Source of the DNA: Candidatus Brevifilum fermentans
GTDB lineage: Bacteria > Chloroflexota > Anaerolineae > Anaerolineales > Anaerolineaceae
Direction of reading: 5' to 3'
Assembly (NCBI RefSeq): GCF_900184705.1
Contig: NZ_LT859958.1
Location: 793,081 to 825,080 of the forward strand
DNA length: 32,000 nucleotides
Both the position numbers and the translations under genes were made by a program. The notes under the pieces were generated by a model. The model ran no database searches. It had not been told where the DNA came from and saw only the letters and a program-made list of their open reading frames with translations. Shown piece after piece: positions 18,613-27,154 of the stretch. Numbering within the stretch: position 1 is the stretch's first letter; every line of letters starts with the position of its first letter.

Positions 18613-19002
18613 TCAATCCCCCAGGAACAGCGCTTGCCAGATTTCCCATTTCTGAATTTTATCGATAACAACAGGTTCAATAACACTTGGAGTTGGAACC
18701 TGCTCAGTAGGGGGCAGGAGCACGATGGGGATATCCCCGGGCTGGATCATCATTGCATCTTCGCGCGCCCAGCGCTCTACGGCTTGATCGGATTGGGCAT
18801 AAATCAACTCAGCTTCCAGGGCGGTGCGCGTGGATTCCAAATGAGAATAGTATTCGGTCAGCTCTTTTTCTTGTCTGCGCAAGCGTGTGAGCAGCGTCAT
18901 ACGCTGATTGAAGTTCACCAACAGCAGCACCAGGACAATGCCCAGTACGGCAAAAATCACCCGTTTGTCTTTGAGAAGCTTCTTAATCATGATGGTCAGC
19001 AC
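18613..19002 (-). CDS. FtsB/DivIC septum formation initiator family protein
   Basis: Short protein with an N-terminal transmembrane segment (VIFAVLGIVLVLLLVNFNQR), a coiled-coil-like segment (LRRQEKELTEYYSHLESTRTALEAELIYAQS) and ERWAREDAMMIQPGDIPIVLL. Confidence 0.8.
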   Translation of the reverse strand: MLTIMIKKLLKDKRVIFAVLGIVLVLLLVNFNQRMTLLTRLRRQEKELTEYYSHLESTRTALEAELIYAQSDQAVERWAREDAMMIQPGDIPIVLLPPTEQVPTPSVIEPVVIDKIQKWEIWQALFLGD

Positions 19003-19084
19003 CTGATTTAATACCGTTACAAGAATTATACCATTTCAGCAGAAATTAAAATAAAATGGGGCTAACTTAACCGTCAGCCCCGAG

Positions 19085-19168
19085 TGCCGAAGGAGGGATT
19101 TGAACCCTCACGGGCTCTTGCCCACTACGCCCTGAACGTAGCGCGTCTGCCTGTTCCGCCACTTCGGC
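19085..19168 (-). tRNA. tRNA-Leu (anticodon CAG)
   Basis: On the - strand: GCCGAAGTGGCGGAACAGGCAGACGCGCTACG-TTCAGGG-CGTAGTGGGC...GAGGGTTCAAATCCCTCCTTCGGCA. It has a 7-bp acceptor stem GCCGAAG/CTTCGGC, a long variable arm and a T-arm. CCA is not encoded. Confidence 0.96.
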
Positions 19169-19178
19169 AACGAATTTT

Positions 19179-19206
19179 ATTTTATCCGATACCCCTATTT
19201 TGTCAA
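19179..19206 (-). promoter_or_regulatory. Sigma-70-like promoter for tRNA-Leu(CAG)
   Basis: On the - strand: TTGACA (19206-19201), 16-nt spacer, TAAAAT (19184-19179). The expected start falls only a few nt before the tRNA 5' end. Confidence 0.75.
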
Positions 19207-19382
19207 CTATTTGCAGGGAAGTCAACGCCGACTTCGTAAAGCCCCTGTATAGCTTGCAAATGGATTGAGTTGTGCTCCGTCCGTCTGAATACTTACGTTG
19301 CAAATGGAAAATATGGACATCCGCCTTAGTTTGACATTTGAATGGCTTTCATAAGCAATGTTTGCATAGATCGCGTGATAAC

Positions 19383-19411
19383 TTGACACAAAGGTTCGAA
19401 AGGATTATATT
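19383..19411 (+). promoter_or_regulatory. Sigma-70-like promoter for the cold-shock gene
   Basis: TTGACA (19383-19388), 17-nt spacer, TATATT (19406-19411). Confidence 0.8.
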
Positions 19412-19450
19412 TATTTGCGTTAAGCCACAAGGCTTAACAAGTCGAACCTT
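19391..19450. repeat. Nested inverted repeats spanning promoter and 5' end of the cold-shock transcript
   Basis: Outer 9-bp repeat AAGGTTCGA (19391-19399) / TCGAACCTT (19442-19450). Inner hairpin GTTAAGCC (19419-19426)-ACAA-GGCTTAAC (19431-19438). Confidence 0.85.
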
Positions 19451-19478
19451 AAAAAAATAAGAAAGATGGAGTATTAGC

Positions 19479-19721
19479 ATGTCAGAACGTTTTGTTGGAA
19501 CTGTCAGATGGTTTAGCGCCCCCAAGGGGTACGGTTTCATTGGCCGTGACGATGGTGAGAATGATGTCTTCGTTCATTTCTCCGCCGTTCAAATGGAAGG
19601 CTACAAGCGGCTCAGAGAGGGCCAGGCTGTAGAATTCTCCATTGAACATGGTCCAAAGGGTTTTCAGGCGTCCAATGTGATTCCTATCCCCGGGAATGAG
19701 GAAGAGCTGCTTTCTTCATAA
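19479..19721 (+). CDS. Cold-shock domain protein (CspA family)
   Basis: [62 protein letters not shown] contains RNP1 and RNP2 motifs. Confidence 0.95.
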   Translation: MSERFVGTVRWFSAPKGYGFIGRDDGENDVFVHFSAVQMEGYKRLREGQAVEFSIEHGPKGFQASNVIPIPGNEEELLSS

Positions 19722-19728
19722 AATAATT

Positions 19729-19769
19729 TCGGGCCGCCTTGTAAAGTAAACAGGCGGCCCGATTTTTTT
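19729..19769. terminator. Intrinsic terminator (probably bidirectional) between convergent csp and ydcF-like genes
   Basis: TCGGGCCGCC (19729-19738) is perfectly complementary to GGCGGCCCGA (19753-19762), followed by TTTTTTT. Confidence 0.92.
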
Positions 19770-19771
19770 AT

Positions 19772-20404
19772 TTAAATATGGAAAAGTAAGTAATTGAACA
19801 ATTTGGCAATTTCAAGAAATACTGCTTGCCAGCCTGCGCAACTGAAGAACCAGGTCGAAGATTTAAACCAGTGACCCACTACCGGGCGGACTGAGATGGT
19901 CACTCCACTGCCGCGCAGCTCGTGCCGAAAAATCAAACGCGTCCTGAAGCTATGGTAGGGGTCGGTCACGACCATAAATGCGGACCAACCATGATCTTCG
20001 GCGAATTGTTTCACGGCTCTGGCCTCATCCCGGGTGCTGTCGACAGCCCGCTCTGTGATGAAAATACGGCTATTGTCAAACCCCAATGCTTCTGCTTCAC
20101 TGGCCAAGAGCTGATTAGCCGCAGGGTCGGTATTGGTGATCAGCAGGGTATCGGCATACCCCCTTTTCAGCAAATCTGCAGCCATTGCCAGGCGGTCGCC
20201 TGAATCACCGCTGAGGATGACGATGGCATCCACCGGAACAATCGGATCTGCTACAATCAGGAATCCTCCCACAGCCGCTAAAACCAGGTAGATGATCAGC
20301 GGGCTCAGCAGTAGAAATATGAAAGCGTTTGAGTAAACAATGCAGCCCCTCCCTGCTGATTTCTCAGCGGAGGAAGGCTGTGCGCTTATCAATTGGGGTG
20401 ACAT
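19772..20404 (-). CDS. YdcF/DUF218 family membrane-anchored protein
   Basis: N-terminal transmembrane segment, then VDAIVILSGDSGDRLAMAADLLKRGYADTLLITN...STRDEARAVKQFAEDHGWSAFMVVTDPYHSFRTRLIF. Confidence 0.85.
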   Translation of the reverse strand: MSPQLISAQPSSAEKSAGRGCIVYSNAFIFLLLSPLIIYLVLAAVGGFLIVADPIVPVDAIVILSGDSGDRLAMAADLLKRGYADTLLITNTDPAANQLLASEAEALGFDNSRIFITERAVDSTRDEARAVKQFAEDHGWSAFMVVTDPYHSFRTRLIFRHELRGSGVTISVRPVVGHWFKSSTWFFSCAGWQAVFLEIAKLFNYLLFHI

Positions 20405-20408
20405 GGGT

Positions 20409-21554
20409 TTATAATTTTTCGAGAGCCGTTTTCATGCGGACCAAGCCTTCATCAAGCATGGCGCGGGGGCATCCAAAGTTGATCCGCAGGAAACCCTGGC
20501 CGTCTTCGCCAAAGCTGATACCATCGTTGAAGCCTACTTTGGCTTCGTCTAAAAAGAAGCGGTGGGGTGATTCGACTTCCAGTTGACGACAATCCAGCCA
20601 GCCCAGGAAAGTGCCTTCAGGCGACCACATGCGTATGCCAGGCAGGTTTTCGTTGACATAGTTGACCAGGTAATCCCGGTTTGCCTGAAGGTAATGCATC
20701 ACCTCGCGTAACCAGGGGCGTCCGTGCAGGTACGCGGCCCGGGCAGCATGTAAACCGAGGATATTGGGGTGACCTAAAAGCATGGACAGGGTTTGACTCA
20801 GCCTGTCTTTGATGACCGGATTCTCAGCAATCACAACTGACGTGGACAAGCCCGCGATATTAAAGGTTTTTGAAGGCGCCAAATAGGTGACCGTAATCTG
20901 AGCTGCATCAGGGGAAAGGTTGGCAATCGGGATGTGCTGATAGCCGGAAAAAATCAGGTCATTGTGTATTTCGTCCGAACAGATCCATACATTGTACTTT
21001 AAACAAATCTCCGCCATTTTGGTCAGCTCTTCACGAGTGAAGACCCGGCCAACCGGGTTGTGGGGGTTGCAGAGTATGAAAAGTTTCACGCCGGAGGCGA
21101 CTTTTTCCTCGAAGTCGTCAAAATCAATCTCATATTTTCCATCTTCTTTCAAGATGAGCCGATTATGAACTGCGACCCTGCCCGTGGCATGGGGTGCCCG
21201 TAGAATGGGGGGATAGATCGGGGTTTGGATTAGCACCGATTCGCCGGGCTCGGTGAGGCTGTAGATAGCGTGGACAAAACCGGTCACAACGCCACAGACA
21301 AAGTTGAGGTCTTCCGGGTTAACGGTCCAGTCGAAAAAGTGCACCAGGTGTTGCAGGATGGCATCATCCAGGCCTTCAAGCCGACTGCCATAGCCAAAGA
21401 CACCGTGGTTGACCCGCTCGGTTAATGCCTGGATAACAGGTTCAGGAGCTTTGAAGTCCATGTCTGCCAACCACATGGGCAAAACATCCTCGGGGTAATA
21501 ATGCCATTTATAACTCTCAGTACAACGTCGGTCAATTATGCTGTCAAAATCCAT
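20409..21554 (-). CDS. patB: MalY/PatB-type PLP-dependent aminotransferase (cystathionine beta-lyase-like)
   Basis: DRRCTESYKWHYYPEDVLPMWLADMDFKAPEPVIQAL, LCNPHNPVGRVFTREEL, ICSDEIHNDLIFSGYQHIP, YLAPSKTFNIAGL. Confidence 0.9.
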   Translation of the reverse strand: MDFDSIIDRRCTESYKWHYYPEDVLPMWLADMDFKAPEPVIQALTERVNHGVFGYGSRLEGLDDAILQHLVHFFDWTVNPEDLNFVCGVVTGFVHAIYSLTEPGESVLIQTPIYPPILRAPHATGRVAVHNRLILKEDGKYEIDFDDFEEKVASGVKLFILCNPHNPVGRVFTREELTKMAEICLKYNVWICSDEIHNDLIFSGYQHIPIANLSPDAAQITVTYLAPSKTFNIAGLSTSVVIAENPVIKDRLSQTLSMLLGHPNILGLHAARAAYLHGRPWLREVMHYLQANRDYLVNYVNENLPGIRMWSPEGTFLGWLDCRQLEVESPHRFFLDEAKVGFNDGISFGEDGQGFLRINFGCPRAMLDEGLVRMKTALEKL

Positions 21555-21675
21555 TGTTTTCCTTCTAACTCAGTGTTGTTGATTAAAGACGAATGTAAAA
21601 CCATATTGTTAATTAAAAATATGTATTAAACATACCCGATGAACCTAGAGACTCTTTGAGTCTGTTCCGATACGG

Positions 21676-22701
21676 ATGCATGATTTGCTTTGGGCTCCTC
21701 AATTTTGCAATGATTATAGCCTAATATTGGAATTTCTTCCCAGGGTCTTGGCCAAAGAAAAATGGTATACTCACATTGATTGGTACCCGGAGACCCCGTT
21801 GAAGAAATCATTTTCAGCATTAATCAAACTTGTCCGTTTTCAAGAATATGGTTATTTTATTCTAATCACGTCTCTTTTAGGGGCAGTTACTGCAGGAGGG
21901 ATATTGTCCGATCGCCTGTTGGCGATTCTGCTGGCAAACGGTCTGGTGGTTGGCTTTGCGCATATGGTCAATGATATTGAAGATGCGGCAGAAGACGTTT
22001 TTTCATTAAAAAACAGCTTGCGTAACCCCATCTCGAGCGGCTTGATTTTACCGAAAACTGCCCGATTAACAGCAGCGATCGTGGGGTTGATCGCGGTGGC
22101 TTTATTTGCCCTGATGGGTCGATGGCCGTGGATCTTTGGAGCAGGCAACCTAGTGCTGGGTTTGATTTACTCACATAAAGCCATCCGGTTGAAAGCGCTG
22201 CCTTTGGTAGCATTCATCTCGCGCGGCGCATTGCTGGCAGGATTGCCATTTTTATCGAGTTATTTCACTTTTTCTGACTCGCTCAATCGCATCTGGTACT
22301 GGCCATTTCTGTGGTTGATTTCGCTCAGTCTTTTATTTGATCTTCACAGTGAACGCAGTGGAGAAGAGAAGATACGATTCTCACGCTGGAATGAGATCTC
22401 TGTGCAGCATGGAGAACGCTTTGCCAATGTGTTGATGATCGGTGTGATCATCGTGGTTGCAAGCACTGGCGTGGTTTCGATGTTTTTGATTAACCTGTTT
22501 CCGTCCTGGGTCATTATCATCATTTTAATGCTGTTAACGCTGTTGATTGTGCCGCCCTATTTCAAGTATCGGCGCGACAGAACCGGTGTTGACCTGGCGG
22601 ATTTGTTGTTCCATGGGTTGGTCCATGCGTTTGCAATTGGATTGATGCTGCAATTCCTTCTCCCTGCGCTGGTTCGAATCATTCGTCCAGGGTGTTTTTA
22701 A
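21676..22701 (+). CDS. UbiA prenyltransferase superfamily-like membrane protein
   Basis: Multi-pass hydrophobic protein with an aspartate-rich motif 'HMVNDIEDAAEDVFSLKN' followed by 'ISSGLILPKTA' and 'GLIYSHKAIRLKALP'. The true start is uncertain and may lie near 21800. Confidence 0.7.
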   Translation: MHDLLWAPQFCNDYSLILEFLPRVLAKEKWYTHIDWYPETPLKKSFSALIKLVRFQEYGYFILITSLLGAVTAGGILSDRLLAILLANGLVVGFAHMVNDIEDAAEDVFSLKNSLRNPISSGLILPKTARLTAAIVGLIAVALFALMGRWPWIFGAGNLVLGLIYSHKAIRLKALPLVAFISRGALLAGLPFLSSYFTFSDSLNRIWYWPFLWLISLSLLFDLHSERSGEEKIRFSRWNEISVQHGERFANVLMIGVIIVVASTGVVSMFLINLFPSWVIIIILMLLTLLIVPPYFKYRRDRTGVDLADLLFHGLVHAFAIGLMLQFLLPALVRIIRPGCF

Positions 22702-22812
22702 GGTCAGTGTAGTCGTAGCAATCAGCACCTCAGGTTTTATGGCATGGGTTTGTCCGTCCTCACGAACCGGTTTAGGGCTGTACGAATCGAGTTTCAAAAC
22801 GAAAGGTGGAAG

Positions 22813-23304
22813 ATGGATCAAAAATTTTTATCACTCTCAAAGCGGGTTGCCCGGAGTTTGCTTGATCGAGAGTACACGCTCAGCACAGCTGAATCCTGTA
22901 CGGGCGGGATGCTCAGCCAAACCATCACAGCGATTTCAGGCTCTTCAACCTATTTCATCGGCGGTGTAGTGGCTTACCACAATCGGATCAAAGAACACTT
23001 CCTGGATGTGCAGGGCTTCACTCTTGAAACCTATGGGGCAGTAAGCCTGCAAACGGCTCAAGAAATGGCTGATGGTGTGCGGAAACGGTTCCAGACCGAG
23101 GTCGGCTTATCGACGACGGGGATCGCTGGGCCTACCGGCGCGACGGAAACCAAGCCGGTGGGTTTGGTGTGTTTGGGCATCAGCCTTCCTGAGAAAACCT
23201 GGACGTACAAGTGTAATTTTCGTGGTGATCGGCTCGAGGTGATGCAAGCGAGTGTGGTTGAGATCCTGGAGCGCTTGTTAGAATTGTTAGAACTGCCCGA
23301 TTGA
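22813..23304 (+). CDS. pncC: CinA C-terminal domain / nicotinamide-nucleotide amidase
   Basis: LSTAESCTGGMLSQTITAISGSSTYFIGGVVAYHNRIKEHFL...STTGIAGPTGATETKPVGLVCLGI. ATG 22813 (MDQKF) is preferred over the track start 22744. Confidence 0.9.
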   Translation: MDQKFLSLSKRVARSLLDREYTLSTAESCTGGMLSQTITAISGSSTYFIGGVVAYHNRIKEHFLDVQGFTLETYGAVSLQTAQEMADGVRKRFQTEVGLSTTGIAGPTGATETKPVGLVCLGISLPEKTWTYKCNFRGDRLEVMQASVVEILERLLELLELPD

Positions 23305-23333
23305 TCCGATCTTACAGGGGGATAAAGATAAGC

Positions 23334-24665
23334 TCAGTTTATCGGTTGGTCTTGTTGAGCACTTTCATCCGGTAACGGGGTGACCAAAACGCGATCCACC
23401 CGGCGACCGTCCATATCAACAACCTCGAAGCAATACCCTTCATAGGTGAATTTTGCACCTGTTTTTGGGATATACCCCAACTGGCTCATTACAAACCCGC
23501 TCAAGGTTTGGTAAGCCGAGCGTTCTTCGCCGGGCATGACTGAAAAATGGAGGATCTCCTTGAGCTCGTCAATCACGAGAAGACCGTCAAACAGCCACGA
23601 CCCATCCTCGCGCTGGTAAACCATGACATCGGTATCCATGCTATCTTCAGGGATTTCACCTACAATGGCTTCGAGGATGTCGTATTCGGTGGTCATGCCT
23701 GAAATTCCGCCATATTCATCGAGGATTATCGCCAGGTGAACGCCGCTATTCTGGATGGCGTCCAGGGCTTTGAGCGCAGCCATATTCCCTGGCAGGTAAA
23801 CCGGGTCTTTAATGAAATCCCTGATATTAAAATCAGGATCATCTGGGCGATGTCCCAATAGATCGCGGACTTTGATATAGCCTATTGTTTGGTCAAGGTC
23901 GCCATCGGCAACAGGAATGCGGGAATGGGGTGAGGTCAATATTTGCTGCCAAATCTCCTCGATGGGCGCATTGATGTCTATCCAGGTGAGTTCCAGGCGC
24001 GGTGTCATCAGGGCTTCCACCCGACGATCACCCAACCGCAAGATACTCGAGAACATTTCCTGTTCAGCGTCCTGAATTAAGCCAAATTGACGACCTTCTT
24101 CGATGTAGCCTTTGATTTCATCAGTTGTAATTGAAGGGTCTTTGTCGGTGTTGATCTGAAAAAGTTTGAGTCCCAGGTTGGTCGATGCAGCTAAGAACAG
24201 GGTTAGCGGGCGGAATAATTTTGTTAATCGGAAAATGAATGGCGATAAAGCGACAACGATATTTTCCGGTTTACTGACTGCCATTCGTTTGGGGATCAAT
24301 TCACCTAAAACAATCGAGAAGTAGGCAATAACAACTACGACAAATACCAGGGATAGAATTCCGGCATAATTCGTCAACCATGGAATTTTGGCGACTTGTT
24401 CCGCTAAAGGTATGGATAAGTTTGCACCACCAATACCGCCCGCCAATGTATCAATTAGCGTGATCAAAATTTGAACCGTCGAAAGATAATGCTGATCGGG
24501 ATCTTGTAACATCTTGAGTGCTACAGACGCACCTTTCGCTCCCTCATCAGCCCGTTGTTGCAGTCGTATCTTTTTGGATGCAACCATCGCGATTTCGTAC
24601 ATTGCGAAAAACGCGTTGAAACCAAACAGAATTAAAATAATGAGGATATTAACGTAGATGGGCAT
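23334..24665 (-). CDS. CNNM/CorC/HlyC-type hemolysin-family transporter with CBS pair
   Basis: N-terminal CNNM domain (FNAFFAMYEIAMVASKKIRLQQRADEGAKGA...IVLGELIPKRMAVSKPE), CBS region (VEALMTPRLELTWIDINAPIEEIWQQIL...HSRIPVAD) and a CorC_HlyC C-terminal domain. Confidence 0.92.
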   Translation of the reverse strand: MPIYVNILIILILFGFNAFFAMYEIAMVASKKIRLQQRADEGAKGASVALKMLQDPDQHYLSTVQILITLIDTLAGGIGGANLSIPLAEQVAKIPWLTNYAGILSLVFVVVVIAYFSIVLGELIPKRMAVSKPENIVVALSPFIFRLTKLFRPLTLFLAASTNLGLKLFQINTDKDPSITTDEIKGYIEEGRQFGLIQDAEQEMFSSILRLGDRRVEALMTPRLELTWIDINAPIEEIWQQILTSPHSRIPVADGDLDQTIGYIKVRDLLGHRPDDPDFNIRDFIKDPVYLPGNMAALKALDAIQNSGVHLAIILDEYGGISGMTTEYDILEAIVGEIPEDSMDTDVMVYQREDGSWLFDGLLVIDELKEILHFSVMPGEERSAYQTLSGFVMSQLGYIPKTGAKFTYEGYCFEVVDMDGRRVDRVLVTPLPDESAQQDQPIN

Positions 24666-25149
24666 GATTAAGAATTAATCCTAACTGAGAGATGGTGCTT
24701 GTTTTCAAGATCTGTGTTGATACCAATGCCCGGCTGATCGATGCAAAGGTTTCGCACCTGTAAATGTTGATGAATCCTTTGGGGTAAGGCGTCAGCGGAT
24801 CTCTCAATAAACCTGATGTTCTCCGTGAATCACGTTCTTCTCGACTGGCTAATGCGCCTTTTTCCATAATTATTCTACCGTTACCTCTTCGATTCAATGA
24901 ATAAGAGCACCAGTAGTTTGTTAAGAATACCACAGGTGAATCAAAGTAAATCCATTTTCTTTTTCACTGATGTTTATAATTTAAATAATTACAAAATTTA
25001 TACACTATGATATGAATTAACGCACCAACCCCTTGGTGGTTTTGCCAGCGCCTGTTTCCCAGGAAGCGTAAAGAGGTACAGAAAAAACAACAGCGTTCTT
25101 TTTCACCCGATTTGGGCGGATGAAGAGATATTTTTCAGACATTCACCGG

Positions 25150-25878
25150 TCAGGTGACCAGATGATCGGGAAAAGGATCAACTTTGTTCGTGTATTGCAG
25201 CCTGACATGACCTTTATCAGAGATATCAACGCGGCTGATGGCACAGTTGTTCATCTGGAACCAGTAATGTTCAGCCTGGATTTCAAAAAATGCGGTGAGG
25301 ATGTGGCCGAAAATTCCGCCATGCATGACGATCCCTACGCGGTGGTCCGTGCCCCCATGCTCGCTTAATAAGCGGTTGACGATCTCCCGGGCGCGTACAG
25401 GGTAATGCTCACGAGGTTCTTTTTCCCGGTTGTACCAGCCTGTTTCAGGCAGATCATCGGGGATGATCAATTGAGGAAAATTTGATTGAAAATAAGATCT
25501 TCCTGGCCCGGGTTGACCGATGAGAACCGGTTCCTCATCGATAAATTCGACGTCAAACAGTCCACCGGTTTCATGCAGTTCAGGCCAGGCGACCAGTGGC
25601 AAGCCAGTTTTTTCGGCAATGGCCAGTCCGGTTTTCACAGCACGCGTCATCAGACTGCAATATAAATGGGTCAGACCAAAACCTGAGCGATTCTGGGGGT
25701 CATAGCCGTTATTTACATAAGGGCGAGCAATGGCTTCCGCCACCAGGCGCGCCTGCTCTTCGCCAATTGGGGTCAGATCAGGGTCAGTGGACCTTTGAGA
25801 TAGATAAGTATCGCTGCCATCTTCCGTAAGGAGATTATTGGTTGATTGCCCGTGCCGTATGAAGTAAAGCTCTAACAT
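25150..25878 (-). CDS. Histidine phosphatase (phosphoglycerate mutase-like) family protein
   Basis: MLELYFIRHGQSTNNLL (RHG motif), LTPIGEEQARLVAEAIARPY, LYCSLMTRAVKTGLAIAEK, ELHETGG, VMHGG. Confidence 0.9.
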   Translation of the reverse strand: MLELYFIRHGQSTNNLLTEDGSDTYLSQRSTDPDLTPIGEEQARLVAEAIARPYVNNGYDPQNRSGFGLTHLYCSLMTRAVKTGLAIAEKTGLPLVAWPELHETGGLFDVEFIDEEPVLIGQPGPGRSYFQSNFPQLIIPDDLPETGWYNREKEPREHYPVRAREIVNRLLSEHGGTDHRVGIVMHGGIFGHILTAFFEIQAEHYWFQMNNCAISRVDISDKGHVRLQYTNKVDPFPDHLVT

Positions 25879-25881
25879 AGT

Positions 25882-26916
25882 TTATTCCTTTCTTAATTGA
25901 TGCAGCGCAATGATTTTTTCAACGTCCGGACTGCCGGACGGATGGCCTGGAGATGGACCATAATGATCGGGAAATGTCGATCTTTCGCAAAGCGCTGCCA
26001 GGCAAGCCTGGATATTATCATGCAATGCTTGTGCATCGTAACCGCCTTCCAAACCAAACAGGATGCGGCTCTGGCAGTAATCATCCGCCAGTTCGACCAG
26101 GATTTTTGAGATTTGATAAAAGCTATCTGTGTCCAGTGTTGTGCTGGTCAGTGGATCTGAAAAATGGGCGTCAAATCCAGCCGAGATGAAGAGCATCTCT
26201 GCTCCAAAGCCCATTAACCACGGCTTGACAACCTGTTGGAAAACGCCCAAATAAGCTGCCGGGTTGGCAAAGGAAGGCATGGGAACATTAATAATCCGCC
26301 CCCGGGCGTGTGGCGCTGAATTCTGGTGACCGGTGCCCGGGTAGAGATATTCTTCATGCAGGGACAAATAACCCACACCGGGATGGTGTGAAAAAATGGC
26401 TTCGGTGCCGTTGCCATGATGGGCGTCGAAATCAATAATCGCGACTTTTTCGAGGCCGTGCGCAACTGCATCTGCGGCGGCGATGGCAAGGTTGTTAAGC
26501 AGACAAAAACCCATTGGGCGGTCTGCTTCCGCATGATGTCCGGGCGGACGCATGATAGCGAAACCTCGGCCGCGCCCTTCCGAAAGGATGCGCCTGCTAA
26601 CGGCTAAGGTAGCCCCGGCAGCCATCAAGGCCGCGTGATAACTGGCTTCGGTGACATAAGTGGGCGCAGAATCAATCTCGTGAGAACCCCTGCGGCTGGC
26701 AGCCTGTAAGGTTTGCAAGATTGTCGCGTTGTGAACGCGCAGGACGTCGCTTGCCAGGGCTGGCATAAAATTCAGCCAAACCATTTCGGGATAGGGGGGG
26801 TCCTGGAGCCAGGGCTTCACAAGCTGCAGGCGTTGGGGTGACTCGGGGTGTCCCGGGAAGACGTGTTCGGGTGCATCATAAAAGGTGCAGTAAACAGGAA
26901 TTTTCTCTGGTTTCAT
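25882..26916 (-). CDS. Histone deacetylase superfamily (AcuC/AphA-like) protein
   Basis: PGHPESPQRL, AIMRPPGHHAEADRPMGFCLLNNLAIAA, VAIIDFDAHHGNGTEAIF, GFDAHFSDPL, LEGGYD. The track opens at 26979; ATG 26916 (MKPEKIPVY) is preferred. Confidence 0.93.
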   Translation of the reverse strand: MKPEKIPVYCTFYDAPEHVFPGHPESPQRLQLVKPWLQDPPYPEMVWLNFMPALASDVLRVHNATILQTLQAASRRGSHEIDSAPTYVTEASYHAALMAAGATLAVSRRILSEGRGRGFAIMRPPGHHAEADRPMGFCLLNNLAIAAADAVAHGLEKVAIIDFDAHHGNGTEAIFSHHPGVGYLSLHEEYLYPGTGHQNSAPHARGRIINVPMPSFANPAAYLGVFQQVVKPWLMGFGAEMLFISAGFDAHFSDPLTSTTLDTDSFYQISKILVELADDYCQSRILFGLEGGYDAQALHDNIQACLAALCERSTFPDHYGPSPGHPSGSPDVEKIIALHQLRKE

Positions 26917-27106
26917 AATATTCGCAATGGTTAGTATACCGCAAGAATTGAGGGGAGAATGATTGATTTTCTGAACCATGGATTTGCAAAAAGGTTGAGA
27001 ACTGTTTTTTTACGGCCTCAGCCGCCTTGTTATGAAAAATCATCGAATCGGCAAGACGTTTTCAACCCCAGAAATGATGCAAAAGCCAGCACTCTCCTGG
27101 ATCCGG

Positions 27107-27135
27107 TTGACAAGGGCAATTTCAGATTCTATGAT
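27107..27135 (+). promoter_or_regulatory. Sigma-70-like promoter for the pirin gene
   Basis: TTGACA (27107-27112), 17-nt spacer, TATGAT (27130-27135). Confidence 0.7.
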
Positions 27136-27154
27136 CAAGTAAACTATCTTATCG

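Noticed and set aside
18099-18668. 189 aa + strand ORF opposite the methyltransferase gene
   Set aside because: It is antisense shadow of a gene with clear SAM-methyltransferase motifs.
25023-25038. Short hairpin CACCAA-CCCC-TTGGTG
   Set aside because: It has only a 6-bp stem and no convincing U-run, which is too weak to call a terminator or structured RNA.
25120-25368. 82 aa + strand ORF
   Set aside because: It mostly overlaps the histidine phosphatase gene in antisense and has no recognisable homology.
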